Origin: Octopus vulgaris
Lineage: Eukaryota
Length of the DNA stretch: 64,000 bases
Assembly (NCBI GenBank): GCA_951406725.2
Contig: OX597826.1
Span: 42,594,001 to 42,658,000, forward strand
Direction of reading: 5' to 3'
Shown here: positions 24,495 to 37,596 of the stretch, in pieces
How positions within the stretch are numbered: position 1 is the stretch's first letter
How the letters are laid out: each line of letters begins with the position of its first letter
The notes under the pieces: model-generated
Seen by the model: only the letters and a program-made list of their open reading frames with translations
Told to the model about the DNA's origin: nothing
Database searches by the model: none
Program-made: the position numbers and the translations under genes

Positions 24495-24790
24495 CTTGCA
24501 AAGAAAAGTAATTATTTAGTTGTTAATGAAATGGAAATTGCATAAAAAATTTTTTTTTAAATAAAGAGAAAAAAACAACCGACAATGTTCTCATCTACCA
24601 CTGTATATATTATCAAAAGAAAAGTTAGATGTCTGACAATATTTTATGCTGTATAATGGTAGACTTTTGATCCAAGAAAGACAGTTCTGCAATTTCTTGC
24701 TAAACAGTCTGCATAGACAATTTGTTTTTAGCAATCAAATGTCTGTGCTGCACATAAGCTCACTCCCTCTGCCTGCACAGGTGTACAGTG

Positions 24791-24874
24791 TGTCACATGC
24801 CAGATGTGAAGTAGTCATATATATATGTACGTACATATATATATATATGACTACTTCACATCTGGCATGTGACA
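24791..24874. repeat. 84-bp hairpin with a perfect 36-bp stem
   Basis: TGTCACATGCCAGATGTGAAGTAGTCATATATATAT and its exact reverse complement at 24839..24874. Confidence 0.95.
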
Positions 24875-25656
24875 TACATACATACACACACACACACACA
24901 TACATACATGCATACATATCAGTGGATAAAGGTCACTTTCTGTTTTAGATATGACTGCTCCAGATTTCTGAGATTAGCAAGCCCCCTACCCCACCCCCAA
25001 ACATTCCAGGAAATGAAGCACAACATTTAACAAGTAATTAGAGTACTGAAGCCACATATGCTACACAAACACACACACTCATGATACCAAATTTATTCAC
25101 AAGACTGTTACTATAGTCCCCAGGCTGACCAAATCCATGAGAGTGGATCTGGTAGACGGAAACTGAAAGAAGCTTGTCGTATGTGCGTGTTTTTACATTT
25201 GTGCTCCATGAAAGTCATGAGTTTTGAACAGTGATGTTGTTGCTTTCCCTATCAAGGAATTGTTTGCTTACTTCATGTCTTTGATGATGTGTGCAATAAG
25301 AGAGCCCTTACTTGAGGAACAGGTAAGAAATAAGAAGGCCTGTCTGTTATTGGAGCTGCGTTCTTTTTTGTCTGTTTGTGCATGTGTGTGCATCAGTGTG
25401 CATGTGTGCTTATGTATGCATATATGTATGTGTGTGTGTGCATGTATGTATGTATGTATTTTTGCATGTGTGTATGTATATATATATGTATCTATATATT
25501 CTGCATATTCATATCTGCGTGTGCATATTTGCATGTATGTGTGTATTTTACATTCATCAAACTCATTTACAAAGGACGAAAAAAAAATCGCATAACATGA
25601 ACGACTGATAAAAATATATATAAATACACATGTGGATATACATGTTGCTTTGTTAC

Positions 25657-25783
25657 CTCATCTATCATATCAGGTCTGTTAGTGGCAGCAACAATAGTGA
25701 CATCTTTCAGTTTCTCCACACCATCGATTTCAGTCAGCAGTTGGGCTAGAACCCTGTCCTCTACATTACTGCCACCAGACGAG
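25657..25783 (-). CDS. SPATA5: SPATA5 coding exon 13
   Basis: [42 protein letters not shown]; TAG/GT boundaries, phase 2 to 0. Confidence 0.95.
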
Positions 25784-26106
25784 CTAAAATATAAACAAAC
25801 AAATAAACAATAATATTAATCTCCACTGATGTTGATGTCATCTCCGTTTGCTCAAAGAGCATCAGGCAATGAGAGTTCTTCAAGCAGTACCATTATGCAT
25901 TCTTCTTCCTAAGTGACGCCTATCTCAGTCAAGTCTTCCCACACAGCCTTTTTGCCATATCTTCAACCGATCTGCCTCTAATTTTCCTTCCTCCTTCAAC
26001 TGTCTGTTTCACAGCTGTCCTTGCCAGTAAAGACAACCCTTACTGAGCAGGAAATGTTACATGCTAATCACACACATATCAGTTCTTGCAACCTTTTTCT
26101 ATTATC

Positions 26107-26700
26107 CATCATCATCATCATCATCGTTTAGCGTCCGCTTTCCATGCTAGCATTGGTTGGACGGTTCAACTGGGGTCTGGGAAGCCAGAAGGCTGCACCA
26201 GACCCAGTCTGATCTGGCAATGTTTCTACGGCTGGTTACCCTTCCTAACGCCAACCACTCCGTGAGTGTAGTGGGTGCTTTTTACGTGCCACCAGCACAG
26301 TTGCCAGACGGGACTGGCAAACGGCCACGGTCGGATAGTGCTTTTTACGTGCCACCGGCATGGGGGCCAGGCGAAACTGGCAACGGCCATGATTGGATGG
26401 TGCTTTTTACGTGCCACCGGCACGGGGGCCAGGCAAGGCTGGCAACGGCCACGATCGGACGGTGCTTTTTATGTGCCACCGGCATGGGGGCCAGGCGAGA
26501 CTGGCAACGGCCACGATCGGATGGTGCTTTTTACGTGCCACCGGCATGGGAGCCAGGCAAGGCTGGCAACGGCCACGATCGGACGGTGCTTTTTACGTGC
26601 CACCGGCACGGAGGCCCGTCGGGGCGGCGCTGGCAGCGGCCACGTTCGGACGGTTCGCTTACGTGCCACCGGCACTGGTATCACAGTTACAATTTCCATA
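26107..26700 (-). mobile_element. Family C retroposon with (TGA)n tail and an internal 62-bp minisatellite
   Basis: Shared AGGAAGGG(C/T)A(T/A)CCAGCCGTAGAAAC core; GTGCTTTTTA(C/T)GTGCCACC recurs at 26275, 26338, 26400, 26462, 26524 and 26586. Confidence 0.85.
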
Positions 26701-28099
26701 GTGTGCATATTACATCATATGAAATGTGGAGAATTCCAGAAAGTAACCCACTTTCAAACACGAGTTAACTCTGTTCCTGTGTCTCAAATGCACATACATA
26801 AAACTGTGTACATTTGGTTTCCTTGCAGTAAAAGTTAATGATTTCTAACATACGTAATAATTTATCAAGCCGATTGAATTGACCCTAGTATATCATTGCT
26901 CTTTGAAAGAATGCAAAACCAACCTCAACAAGATTTGAACTCAGAATATCATGGTTTACTGATAAATGCAGTTATAAAAAAATATTGTTCAATACTGTCT
27001 AAATACACCAATCAAACACTTAGTCTTCCTTCTGTCAAGAAATCACTGCTTGAGGTTATGATTGAAGAATTAATCCCAGTATGCAAATTTGTCCTACCGG
27101 TTAAATAGTGTTTTGTATACAGGTATGACTTCTTGTAAGAAACAACAAGGCAGAGTCAGCAATGGTTAACAGTGCTTGAAACCTCATCGGCAAAAACCAT
27201 GTGGTCTTGCCAATAAGTTAGGGTGAATCTTCGAAAGCCTTTCTAAAGCAAGACTGTATATCATCTTTTAAAATGTACAAGTGCAGTTCAGAATAGCCAA
27301 CAAGTGACTGATAACATTGTGTAGCACGATTTTTGTCCTTGGTTAGTAACTGTTATTTCCTATTTGTTTATCCCTAGAAAGTATGAAAAGTGGCTAAAAT
27401 TTCCTTCAAACTTTGCTTTCATTACATTTATTCAAACCCCAAAGAATCCTTCTCAACACATTGCTAACATGCTCTCCAACTACTCCTGTTCAGAGATGCA
27501 CATATTGTCAGCCACTAAGAGATATGATAAGGAGGTTAAGGTCAAGCATGTGACAAAGCAAATCTGTGGTATTCAGCAGAATATCTGCTATAACAATATT
27601 TCTGTTTCAGTAACTCAGTGCTGAATCTGTCTGAAACATATTAGAAAATAGGTCAGTTTCAAAACATTGAAGTTCAGGTCACAAGAGCAAAGTTTGAAGG
27701 GAATAGTGGTCATTTCCTTTGACTTCTAGATAGAAGCAGATAGGAAATAACATTTACTGACCAAAGACAAAAGAGAAATAAAAATTTTGTTATTGAGTGT
27801 AATCTATCTATCTGAGATAGAGTGAATGAGAAAGGTGGTGGAGATAGAGATGGTGATGCTGTTTAGCTCAGGTTGATTCTCATCAAGCAGATTTGTAGCA
27901 GAGAGGCTGTCAGCGAGGTAATATCTACAAGTCTGTTATTGTTCCAGTTATGAAACACACTGCAACATGCAGTAGTAAACAGTATACAGTGCAGTGTGAT
28001 GATCTGAACATGTACTCTCTCCACTGTGCAGTTTATTTCTCTATGCCTGTAAATTTTGGTAGTGATCACAAAAGGGACAGGCAAGGTAAAAGAAAGTCA

Positions 28100-28435
<336 letters not shown>

Positions 28436-28901
28436 TTAGTCATGTGTCATTGGATCATGTTGGAGCACTAACTTCAAAAGTTTATTTATTTGTTTTCCAG
28501 TTATTAAATGGATACGTTAACTTTTGGTATGAAGGAATACAAAGTGGATACATTGTTTTACAGCACAAACTCATACACTTTGTATGTATACTTTTCCATG
28601 TTTGTAAGGATCAGACAAGATTCACCAAGGCAGAATTTTCTAAGACCAGACCTCTTCTTAATGCCAACCCTCATAAATGTATAGACATATGAGTGTTTCT
28701 GCATGTATATAGGTATATTCATGCATGCATCATCATCATCATCATTTAATGTCTGCTCTCCATGCTGGCATGGGTGACACAGTTTGACTGGAGCTGAACT
28801 GGAGAGCTGCACCAAGTTAAAGTCTGATTCGGCATGGTTTCTACAGCTGGATGCCCTTCCTAATGCCAACCACTCCAGGAATGTAATACACACACACATA
28901 C

Positions 28902-28950
<49 letters not shown>

Positions 28951-28956
28951 TATACC

Positions 28957-29287
28957 GAGACTCCCTTCGGTCATGACTGACCGTAGGATTGCACCTAGAA
29001 AGTTACCCTCCCAGGTACAAGTCCAGGCAAGGTTGTTTATGGAAGACCAGCAGCAGCCCATGTATACCGGTCACCCCTCTCCACGCCACCAGTGTTATCC
29101 AAGGGAGAGGCAACAGGCAATACAGCTTGGCACCTGTGACGTTGCAACTCATTTCTACAGCTGAGTGAACTGGAGCAACATGAAATAAAGTGTCTTGCTC
29201 AAGAACACTACATGCAGCCCGGTCAGGGATTCAAACTCACAATCTCACCATCGTAAGCTCGACGCTCTAACCACTGAGCCATGCGCC
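28957..29287 (-). mobile_element. tRNA-derived SINE with a V/Meta-type central domain
   Basis: GGCGCATGGCTCAGTGGTTAGAGCG head and TTCTTGAGCAAGACACTTTATTTC..GCTCCAGTTCACTCAGCTG core; relatives near 42719 and 43270. Confidence 0.75.
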
Positions 29288-29777
29288 TATATATATATGC
29301 TTCAATGTGTGTGTACATAATCCAGCAAACATCCCTCAAATGTCACATCCTATGCTTCTAAGAAGAGACTCAATGGATAATGTAGTGCTACTCACATTAC
29401 ATCTGAATAAATGATGAGATGGTCACAGCTTGAATGCTTTTGGCTGGAGTAGCCAAACAATTACAACTTAGCTCCACTTTCCAGTACATGTGAATATTTA
29501 ATTCTGTACCAGCTTGTGTTCTTGCTGTTATTTAGTTCCCATATCAATCCTGATTGAGAAGACCTGTAAACCAAAAGCATTCCAGCTGTGACTATATATC
29601 ATCTTTTCATAGAAACAGAACCACATTATGCAAAGTTTCCATTCTTTGTAAAGACAAATCTACATTTGTTTGCTACATCAAGCAACCTCACAGATGCTCC
29701 ATTCGTTCATGAGTGTCTGTTTTATGTATGTGTTTTTCACTAAGTGTGTATGCAAATATGTGAGTCAGACTACATAC

Positions 29778-29987
29778 CTTGATAGCAATAAAATTCAGTC
29801 CGCTCTCTGTAGCCAGGGCCTTAGCAATCATAGTCTTGGAGCAACCAGGAGGTCCATAGAGAAGTATCCCTTTACTTGGTTGAATGCCCATATTGGTGAA
29901 TACTTCAGGGTGTGTCAAAGGCCATTCAATCGCTTGCTTCAGTTTCTGTTTGATATCATACTGGCCACCAATATCTGACCAGTGAAC
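29778..29987 (-). CDS. SPATA5: SPATA5 coding exon 11
   Basis: [41 protein letters not shown]; GPPGCSKT is the AFG2-type D2 Walker A. Confidence 0.97.
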
Positions 29988-30482
29988 CTAGAGTGACCCA
30001 AACAATATACATATATATATTAGAACAACACTTCAAGTAGATTTGCTAAACACACACTGTCCAAATGACACATGTCAACAGAACCATACATAAACCTAAC
30101 TATCACTGTTCCTAATTTAGGTACAAGGCCAGTTATATAAAGATGAAGGGGTACATTGACACAAGCACTTGACTGGTACTTTATTTTATTGTTCTCCACT
30201 TAAAGAATGAAAAGGAAATTTGACCTTGGTAGAATTTGAACTCAAGATATACAGAGCTAAAACAAACACTGCAAGGCATCTGAACTCCAAACATGAACAG
30301 ACAAAATGCTACAAATCATTCAAGATACAAACGATTCTGCCAGCTGGCCACCTTAATAATAATCATAATAATAGTAATAATAATAATACTAATAATAAAA
30401 GGTGTTTGTACTGGTGATGATGACGATGATGTTGTTGTTGTTGACAACAATGATAACACAAATATAATTAGAAATATCTAAC

Positions 30483-30607
30483 CTGGGGCACTTCTAGTAG
30501 AACTTCTCTCATGGCACTTGGATTGGTGACATTCAAGCCATGTATCAAATGACTTACAGTGAGCCGTACACTGGAGTGGTTTCCTGTTCTCAGGGCTTTT
30601 AGACTAG
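30483..30607 (-). CDS. SPATA5: SPATA5 coding exon 10
   Basis: ASLKALR..NPSAMREVLLEVPQ; phase 1 to 0. Confidence 0.93.
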
Positions 30608-31194
30608 CTGTGTTCAAAACAAAAAATGAGACATATATCAGTTTATTACAGACTGGCACGAATGCAGGACATTTTTTACTGACTTCATAGTAATATCTTA
30701 GCACACACAAACACACAGATATAACAGGCTTGTGCCTCACAAAGGAACTTTCCAAGTGCAGATCTATAGTCTCACAAGATGTACAGAGAATCACGGTATA
30801 TACTCACACAGATATCTTTTATCTCGTATCTGTTTCAGTCATTGGATTGTGGCCAGGCTGGAGTACCACCACGAAAGGTTTAGTCAAATAAAGTGCCCCC
30901 AGTACTTATTTTTAAGCCTGGTTTTTATTGTTTCTTTTTGCCATGAGGATGTAAACAAACCAACACCTATTGTCAAATGGTGGTGGAGGACCAACATAAA
31001 CACACACATACACAATGTGCTTCCCTCAGTTTCCATCTACCAAATTCACTTACAACGAAGACATGCAGAAGGTGCTTGCTCTGCAGTGGGACTGAACCCA
31101 AGACCACATGATTAAAAAGCAAGCTTCTTACCACACAGCCACACCTGCAAACATATACACATCTAATTTTAGCAGGAATATAGTAAATAAATGA

Positions 31195-31596
31195 ATCATC
31201 ATCATTTAGCATCCGCTTTCCATGCTAGCAAGGATTGGATGGTTCAACTGGGGTCTGGGAAGCCAGAAGGCTGCACCAGGCCCTGTCTGATCTGGCAATG
31301 TTTCTACAGCTGGATGCCCTTCCTAACACCAACCACTCCGTAGGTGTAGTGAGTGCTTTTTATGTGCCAGACGGGGCTGGCAAACGGCCACGGTTGGATG
31401 GTGCTTTTTACGTGCCAAGCAAGGCTGGCAACGGCCACGATCGGATGGTGCTTTTTACATGCCACCGGCACGGGGGCCAGGCGAGGCTGGCAACGGCCAC
31501 AATCGGATGGTGCTTTTTACAAGTTACCAGCACGGGGGCCAGGTGAGGCTGGCAACGGCCACGATCGGATGGTGCTTTTTACGTGCCACTGGCACT
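31195..31596 (-). mobile_element. Family C retroposon with minisatellite units
   Basis: Same head and repeat unit as 26107..26700. Confidence 0.85.
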
Positions 31597-33042
31597 GAGG
31601 TGCATAAATAAACTATCCTTGTAGTGAGTAATCTTTCTCTCATATCTCAACGTCAAAATGTGCATGCACACACACACAGAGCTTATGATTTGGAAATTTT
31701 GATGATAAATATTCAAGCTGTTAAGTCAGTGGAACTTCCTGGCCATTGTGTTATAATGTAAGTAGCTGATTTTCCCACAGATACATTTACTTTTTTCTAC
31801 CTAACTGACAAAACATGTAGCAGACATTATTGCAAAGTTAAATGGCTAATGTTAGGGAAGATTGCTAATAATTCATCATCATTATCATCATTTAATGTCT
31901 ACTTTTCCATGCTTGCATGGGTAAAATGAAACATGTTCAGGCAGATCTTTTATGCCTAGATGCCCTTCCAGTCGCCAACCCTCACCTGTTTCTTAGCAAG
32001 GTAATATTTCCCCAAGGCCAAACATGATTTTCATGGAAGACTGGAAATGAACATCATATGTATGATGTTGATGCTCGATTGCAACCATCAGATGATGTCA
32101 AGACAAGGGGACCCACAAGCACCCACCCACACACATACATATGACAGGATTCTTTTAGTTTCTATCTACCAAATCCATTCACAAGGCAGTTGGCCTGAGA
32201 TTATAGAAGAAGAAGCTTGTCCAAAGTGTTGTGCAGTTGGACTGAAATTGAAACCACATGGTTAGGAAGCAACCCCTACAGCAGCACTATGAGATGGTAG
32301 TCATTATCATGATTGTTTAATGTCCGTTTTTCATGCTGGCATGGGTTGGATGGTTTAACAGACACTGGTCAGCCAGAGAGCTGTCCAGGCTCCAATTGTC
32401 TGTTTTGGCATGGTTTCTATAACTAGATGCCCTTCCTAATGCCAACCACTTTACAGAATGTGCTGGGTGCTTTTTACGTGCCACTGGCACAGGTGCATTT
32501 ATGTGGCACCAGCACAAGTGCATTTTACATGGCACCAACATGAGTGCCATTTGTGTGGCATTGGTATGAGTGCAGTTCACATGGCACCAGCACAAATGCA
32601 TTGTATATATATATTTAATACTATCTATTGTATGTGTGTGTTAATGTGTGTTTGTGTCCCCCTTGTCCAGACATTGTATGTGATTTGTAAATGAGCATCA
32701 GTCATAGAAATGATGTCCTTCAGTTCCAATCTGCCATAAAAACATGTCCAGCCATGGGGCCCATATAACCTTGCTTAGAAACAAGTGAGGGTCAAGAAAT
32801 AGGAAAATTTACTTCAATGAATTCCGTCTGACCCATGCAAGCGTAGAAAAGTGGACGTTAAAACAATGACCCTGACAATTATGACAATGATGATAACTAG
32901 CAGTTGCCCAAGCATGCAAGTTTCCCCTCTCCATTCTACAGACATTGTCCAAGGTGAAAAAGGGAATCTGATATAACAGACACTAGTGTTGTCCCTAAAT
33001 ATCAATGACATCATAGGGATACTGTAATAACTTGCAACCGAC

Positions 33043-33160
33043 CTTCTTTGCAGATTGCTGAGAGGTCAGCCCCAACAAAACCATGGGCAGCATCAGCTAT
33101 GTCTTTGACTTCTGCTTCAGTGACAGTGTTGGGAATATTCTTCAGCAGCTTTTTCAGAAT
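33043..33160 (-). CDS. SPATA5: SPATA5 coding exon 9
   Basis: ILKKLLKNIP..IADAAHGFVGADLSAICKE; phase 0 to 1. Confidence 0.94.
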
Positions 33161-34092
33161 CTGTTAGGATTATAAACAAGATAATGGAAATTTTTTTAAA
33201 TTACTGCTGACACTGTGTTATACGGACCACTATCGTTACATCTACTATTACAGCTACTGCGATTTTTAGAATGAGATGATCAGGCAGAACTGTTTGGACA
33301 CTGACCATCTTGCACGGCTGACTGGACATTCAGCCAGTTTTGGCACTGGATGTAAGCACACAGACTCATAAATATGCGCATACAGAGAGACAGAGCAAGA
33401 AAGAGAGAGTGATTATAATTTATCAATTGAACATGACTGACATAAACACTTTCCCTTTATTCATTCATGTAAAGAGAGAACAAGAGAAACAGTAAAATGT
33501 CTGTTGTCAAATAAGTCAGCATTGAATCAGTGATTGAAACAGTTGGGTTAAAACATCTCATAAACTGTTATTACTACTAATGCTGCTGCAACTAAAACCA
33601 TCACTACTACTCCTACTGCTGCTGCTACTACTACTACTACTACTACAAGTCAATGCAAAATCTTCCATGTGGTCATTCAACAGCTAGAAATACCTGCCAA
33701 ATCTACTTCAAATCACATCCTATTGTCTGGAGAAAAAAATACACATGGAGTGGTCATACCTGGAATACTTTTGATTATAAGTTCAAAAGAACATAATGAA
33801 TCTGAGGGTAAGCAACAACTGCTGCTACTACTACCACTACTACATTTACTTATTCTCATCATTATCATTTTAACATCCATTTTTCTATGTCTGCATGGGT
33901 CAGATGGAATTTGTGGAGGCAGATTTTATACAACCAGATACCCTTTTTGTCACCAACTTTCACCACTTTCCAAATAAGGTAATAACACCCTATGACCAAA
34001 ATGTTTCCAAGTAATGTCAAGCTAACATATATACACACATACAAACATACATATAAGCAAACACATGCACACAACAGGCTTCTTTTAGTTTC

Positions 34093-34326
34093 TTATTTCT
34101 TTACTGCCCACAAGGGGCTACACACAGAGGGGACAAACAAGGACAGACAAACGGATTAAGTCAATTACATTGACCCCAGTGCGTAACTAGTACTTATTTA
34201 ATTGACCCCAAAAGGATGAAAGGCAAAGTCAACCTCGGTGGAATTTGAACTCAGAACGTAGCGGCAGACGAAATACCGCTAAGCATTTCACCCAGCATGC
34301 TAACATTTCTGCCAGCTCGCCGCCTT
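34093..34326 (-). mobile_element. SINE family B nested in a family A fragment
   Basis: Matches 37364..37596; flanked by CTTT(T/C)AGTTTCT. Confidence 0.85.
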
Positions 34327-34962
34327 TCAGTTTCTATCTACCAAATCGCTTCACAAGGCTTTGGTCACCCCGGGGCTATAGCAGAAAATGTGATTGGAAA
34401 ACAAGCTTCTTAACCACACAGCTACACCTATTAAGAGGTTAGCAAATCCTTGTGAATTGTTAAATAACAACAAAACTGGTTGGTTCAATGTTCATTCCAA
34501 GTTGTTAAAACAGCTTCCGTAACAATGGTGGTGGCCAAGCTACAGCTTCTGAGTCACGTGTATTGAAATGAAATCTAATATTGGATTTCAGTGCTATTTT
34601 ACCTCAAACCTCTTTAACATTCCTATCAAGCAGATTTTAAAATATTAACTGCAAAAATGAAGACTCAAAAAAAAGCCTTCAACAGAGATTAATTAATCTA
34701 CTTGAGTGAATAGTATTGTGTAGCTATGTATTACTTTTATTCATGAACATAGTTTTAAAAATGTATGTTGTGGCTCATGAATATTTTTATTTTAAAAAAT
34801 CATGTGCTTCAGTTTTATGACATGGAATTTATGAAGGATAAACATTGTGTTTATATTTATGCTTGTTTGACAGTCCATCAAAGAAACTGGAAAAACTTGT
34901 GCAAAAATGGGAACAAAATTTGTCTTGAAGTTGGTAAACTGTAACAAAATTAGTCTGCTTAC

Positions 34963-35097
34963 ATCGAGTCGGTCTTTTGCAGTTGGCACACCAACCTCTA
35001 TTTCACGGTCAAACCGACCAGGGCGCCGTAAAGCTGAATCAATCACTTCGGGTTTACTAGTGGCTGCCACAACCAGTAATAATTCATCACAGACATC
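34963..35097 (-). CDS. SPATA5: SPATA5 coding exon 8
   Basis: [32 protein letters not shown] (D1 second region of homology). Confidence 0.96.
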
Positions 35098-35250
35098 CTA
35101 GATAATAATAAGAAGAAGAATTTCAAGAAATCTTAAAAGTCATAAATGAATCAAATACAAATTACACAGGCTGGCACAGAAATTAAGTAACAAGGACACA
35201 GAATTAAATGTCACATCTTGGAACATTGATACAGATATTATACTATACCT

Positions 35251-35467
35251 ATTTCTTTACTACCTACAAGGGGCCAAACAAGGACAGACAAACGGATTAA
35301 GTCGATTACAGTGACCCCAGTGCGTAACTGGTACTTAATTTATCGACCCTGAAAGGATGAAAGGCAAAGTCGACCTCAGCGGAATTTGAACTCAGAATTT
35401 AACAGCAGACGAAATATGGCTATGCATTTCGCCCAGCATGCTAATGTTTCTGCCAGCTTGCCGCCTT
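35251..35467 (-). mobile_element. SINE family B
   Basis: 17-bp TSD GATATTATACTATACCT at 35234..35250 and 35468..35484. Confidence 0.9.
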
Positions 35468-36594
35468 GATATTATACTATACCTCTATTTGTTTAAGGCA
35501 ATCTATTAAATGCTTGTAAAACCAAGAAAGAGTTGGTTACCATGAGAACTGGGAAAGCCTGACATTTCAGATAAAGATTCTTTGATGGAGAGATCATATA
35601 ACAGCTGGCAGAAATGAAAAAGAAGTGAACTGACAAGAAAGTCAGAACAAAAAGAGGAGGTAATCACAATAAATGAGCAGGTGTAAAAGTGAGGTGTGCA
35701 ATATGTGGAATGTAAATACCATCTCCTCTGCTACTTGACCCTATCTTTTAACCTATTCACTTCCGCCAGCCTTTAAGTGATTATTCCACGTTAGGACCTA
35801 TGCCGTAACATCAGATTTTTCATTACCAGCATTGCCAAGACACACTTTAAATCATTTCCTCTGATTTCAGATTTTACCATTACCTAATTCTTAACATGAT
35901 TAAATGGATATAGAATAATATAGAGTATACTGGTTATCATCCTCTTTTACTGTCCACTTTTCATGGGTCGACTATATCCAAGAAGGCAATGTTTTAGCAT
36001 AGCTCAGTGACTGAAATCAGTAAAATACAAAATGTATATAAATGTATACACATTCATATATACATGTATGCTTTTATCTATCTATATATGTGTGTGTGGG
36101 TGTGCATGTATAATATACATGTATGTGTGGGAACGTGTACATATACATACACACATACATGTATATCAGGACAGAGACCTGCTAAGCAGAAACCAGCAAA
36201 TGGCAACCATGTAACCCATAGAAACCTGTGTTTTGTTGGGTCATTGGCGACAAAACTAGCAACCTTACCAAGCTTGCTGGTGAGAAGGAAATTTGAGGGC
36301 AGTGTGGGATGAAAAACAAAAACCAATCAAGGGGTGGATAAACACAGTTGACTGAACAGCCATCCAGTAGAGTAAAGTAGAGAAAGAGAGAGAGAGAGAC
36401 AGTGTGTGTGTGTGTGTGTGCAAGTGTTTGTGAATTGGAAGAGCACTCGAAGCTTGCAACATTAAACCCATCAATAATAAACAGAAAGGGTGGAGTGAAG
36501 ACCAAGCTTTGACAAATATCCATAGCGGTACACACACACACACACATATACTTATGAAAAATAAATACAGAGCAAGATAAAAACCAATACATAC

Positions 36595-36718
36595 ATTGCT
36601 GATGCCATCCATTAAAGTGAGGAGTGTGGAGACAACTCGTTTCTCTAGCTCAGTAGCGCTGTTCTGTCTTTTGGGACAAAGACTGTCGAATTCATCAATC
36701 AGAATGATGCTTGGTGCC
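36595..36718 (-). CDS. SPATA5: SPATA5 coding exon 7
   Basis: [34 protein letters not shown] (D1 Walker B). Confidence 0.96.
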
Positions 36719-37363
36719 CTGAAAGGATAACATTGATATAAGGACATAGAGTTAACAATAGTAGTAACAAATACTTGGTGTCTTGACAGAACAACATTGA
36801 TGTAAAGTTTGTCACAACTATCTCTGTCTCTCTCCCATCACTCTCTCCTCTACAATCCTCTTGCTCCTTTTCATACTCTCTCTTCTTTCATTCCATTGCT
36901 CATTATTCTCTCTTCTGCTCACCCATTTTTTTCACACTTGCTTGAAAGATTGGAAACAATGTAGAGTAGAAAGGATACTTTAGTCTTGCAGGGGACATTG
37001 TAACCTCATTAGTACTTGTACCATGCCCAAAAGAATAAAATTCTAAACTCTATAAAGTAGTTGGCCAACAAAGCGTGGTAACACTGGACAGAGGGAATTC
37101 TTTCTCATGATTTTGTAGTGAACAAAGCTTGAAGTCACTGTAGCATAAGGGACAACAAAGAAGGAGAGAAAGGGGCTTGCAAATTCAAAAGATATTAATT
37201 GACAGAAAACTTAAAGGACTGAATATTATAAATCAAACGAAAACAAGAGTGTGGCATTTTGAGGGAAAATGCTATTACAATAAAGGAATTTACAACAAAT
37301 AGGAAGTTTAATAGAATCATCTGGGAAGAGGAGTGGGTGGTATGTTTAAAGGTGGTATGTTTA

Positions 37364-37596
37364 AAGGCGGCGAGCTGCGAGAAATGTTAGCACGCCGGGC
37401 GAAATGCTTAGCAGTATTTCGTCTGCCGCTACGTTCTGAGTTCAAATTCCGCCGAGGTCGACTTTGCCTTTCATCCTTTCGGGGTCGATTAAATAAGTAC
37501 CAGTTACGCACTGGGGTCGATGTAATTGGCTTAATCCGTTTGTCTGTCCTTGTTTGTCCTCTCTGTGTTTAGCCCCTTGTGGGTAGTAAAGAAATA
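37364..37596 (+). mobile_element. Full-length SINE family B with a Nin/Deu-like domain
   Basis: tRNA-like head (GAGCTG..GAGTTCAAATTCC) and GCCTTTCATCCTTTCGGGGTCGAT..AAGTACCAG core; flanked by GGTATGTTTAAAGG repeats. Confidence 0.88.

Noticed and set aside
24495-24497. Non-canonical splice site before SPATA5 coding exon 14
   Set aside because: AAG is an uncommon but standard acceptor with a good pyrimidine tract, and the frame is preserved.
26275-26680. CRISPR-like regularly spaced repeats
   Set aside because: The sequences between repeats are copies of each other, so it is a tandem 62-bp unit; eukaryotic intron context and no cas genes.
26157-26838. Long overlapping ORFs of 203 and 187 aa
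   Set aside because: Produced by the stop-poor minisatellite; the peptides are repetitive in all frames.
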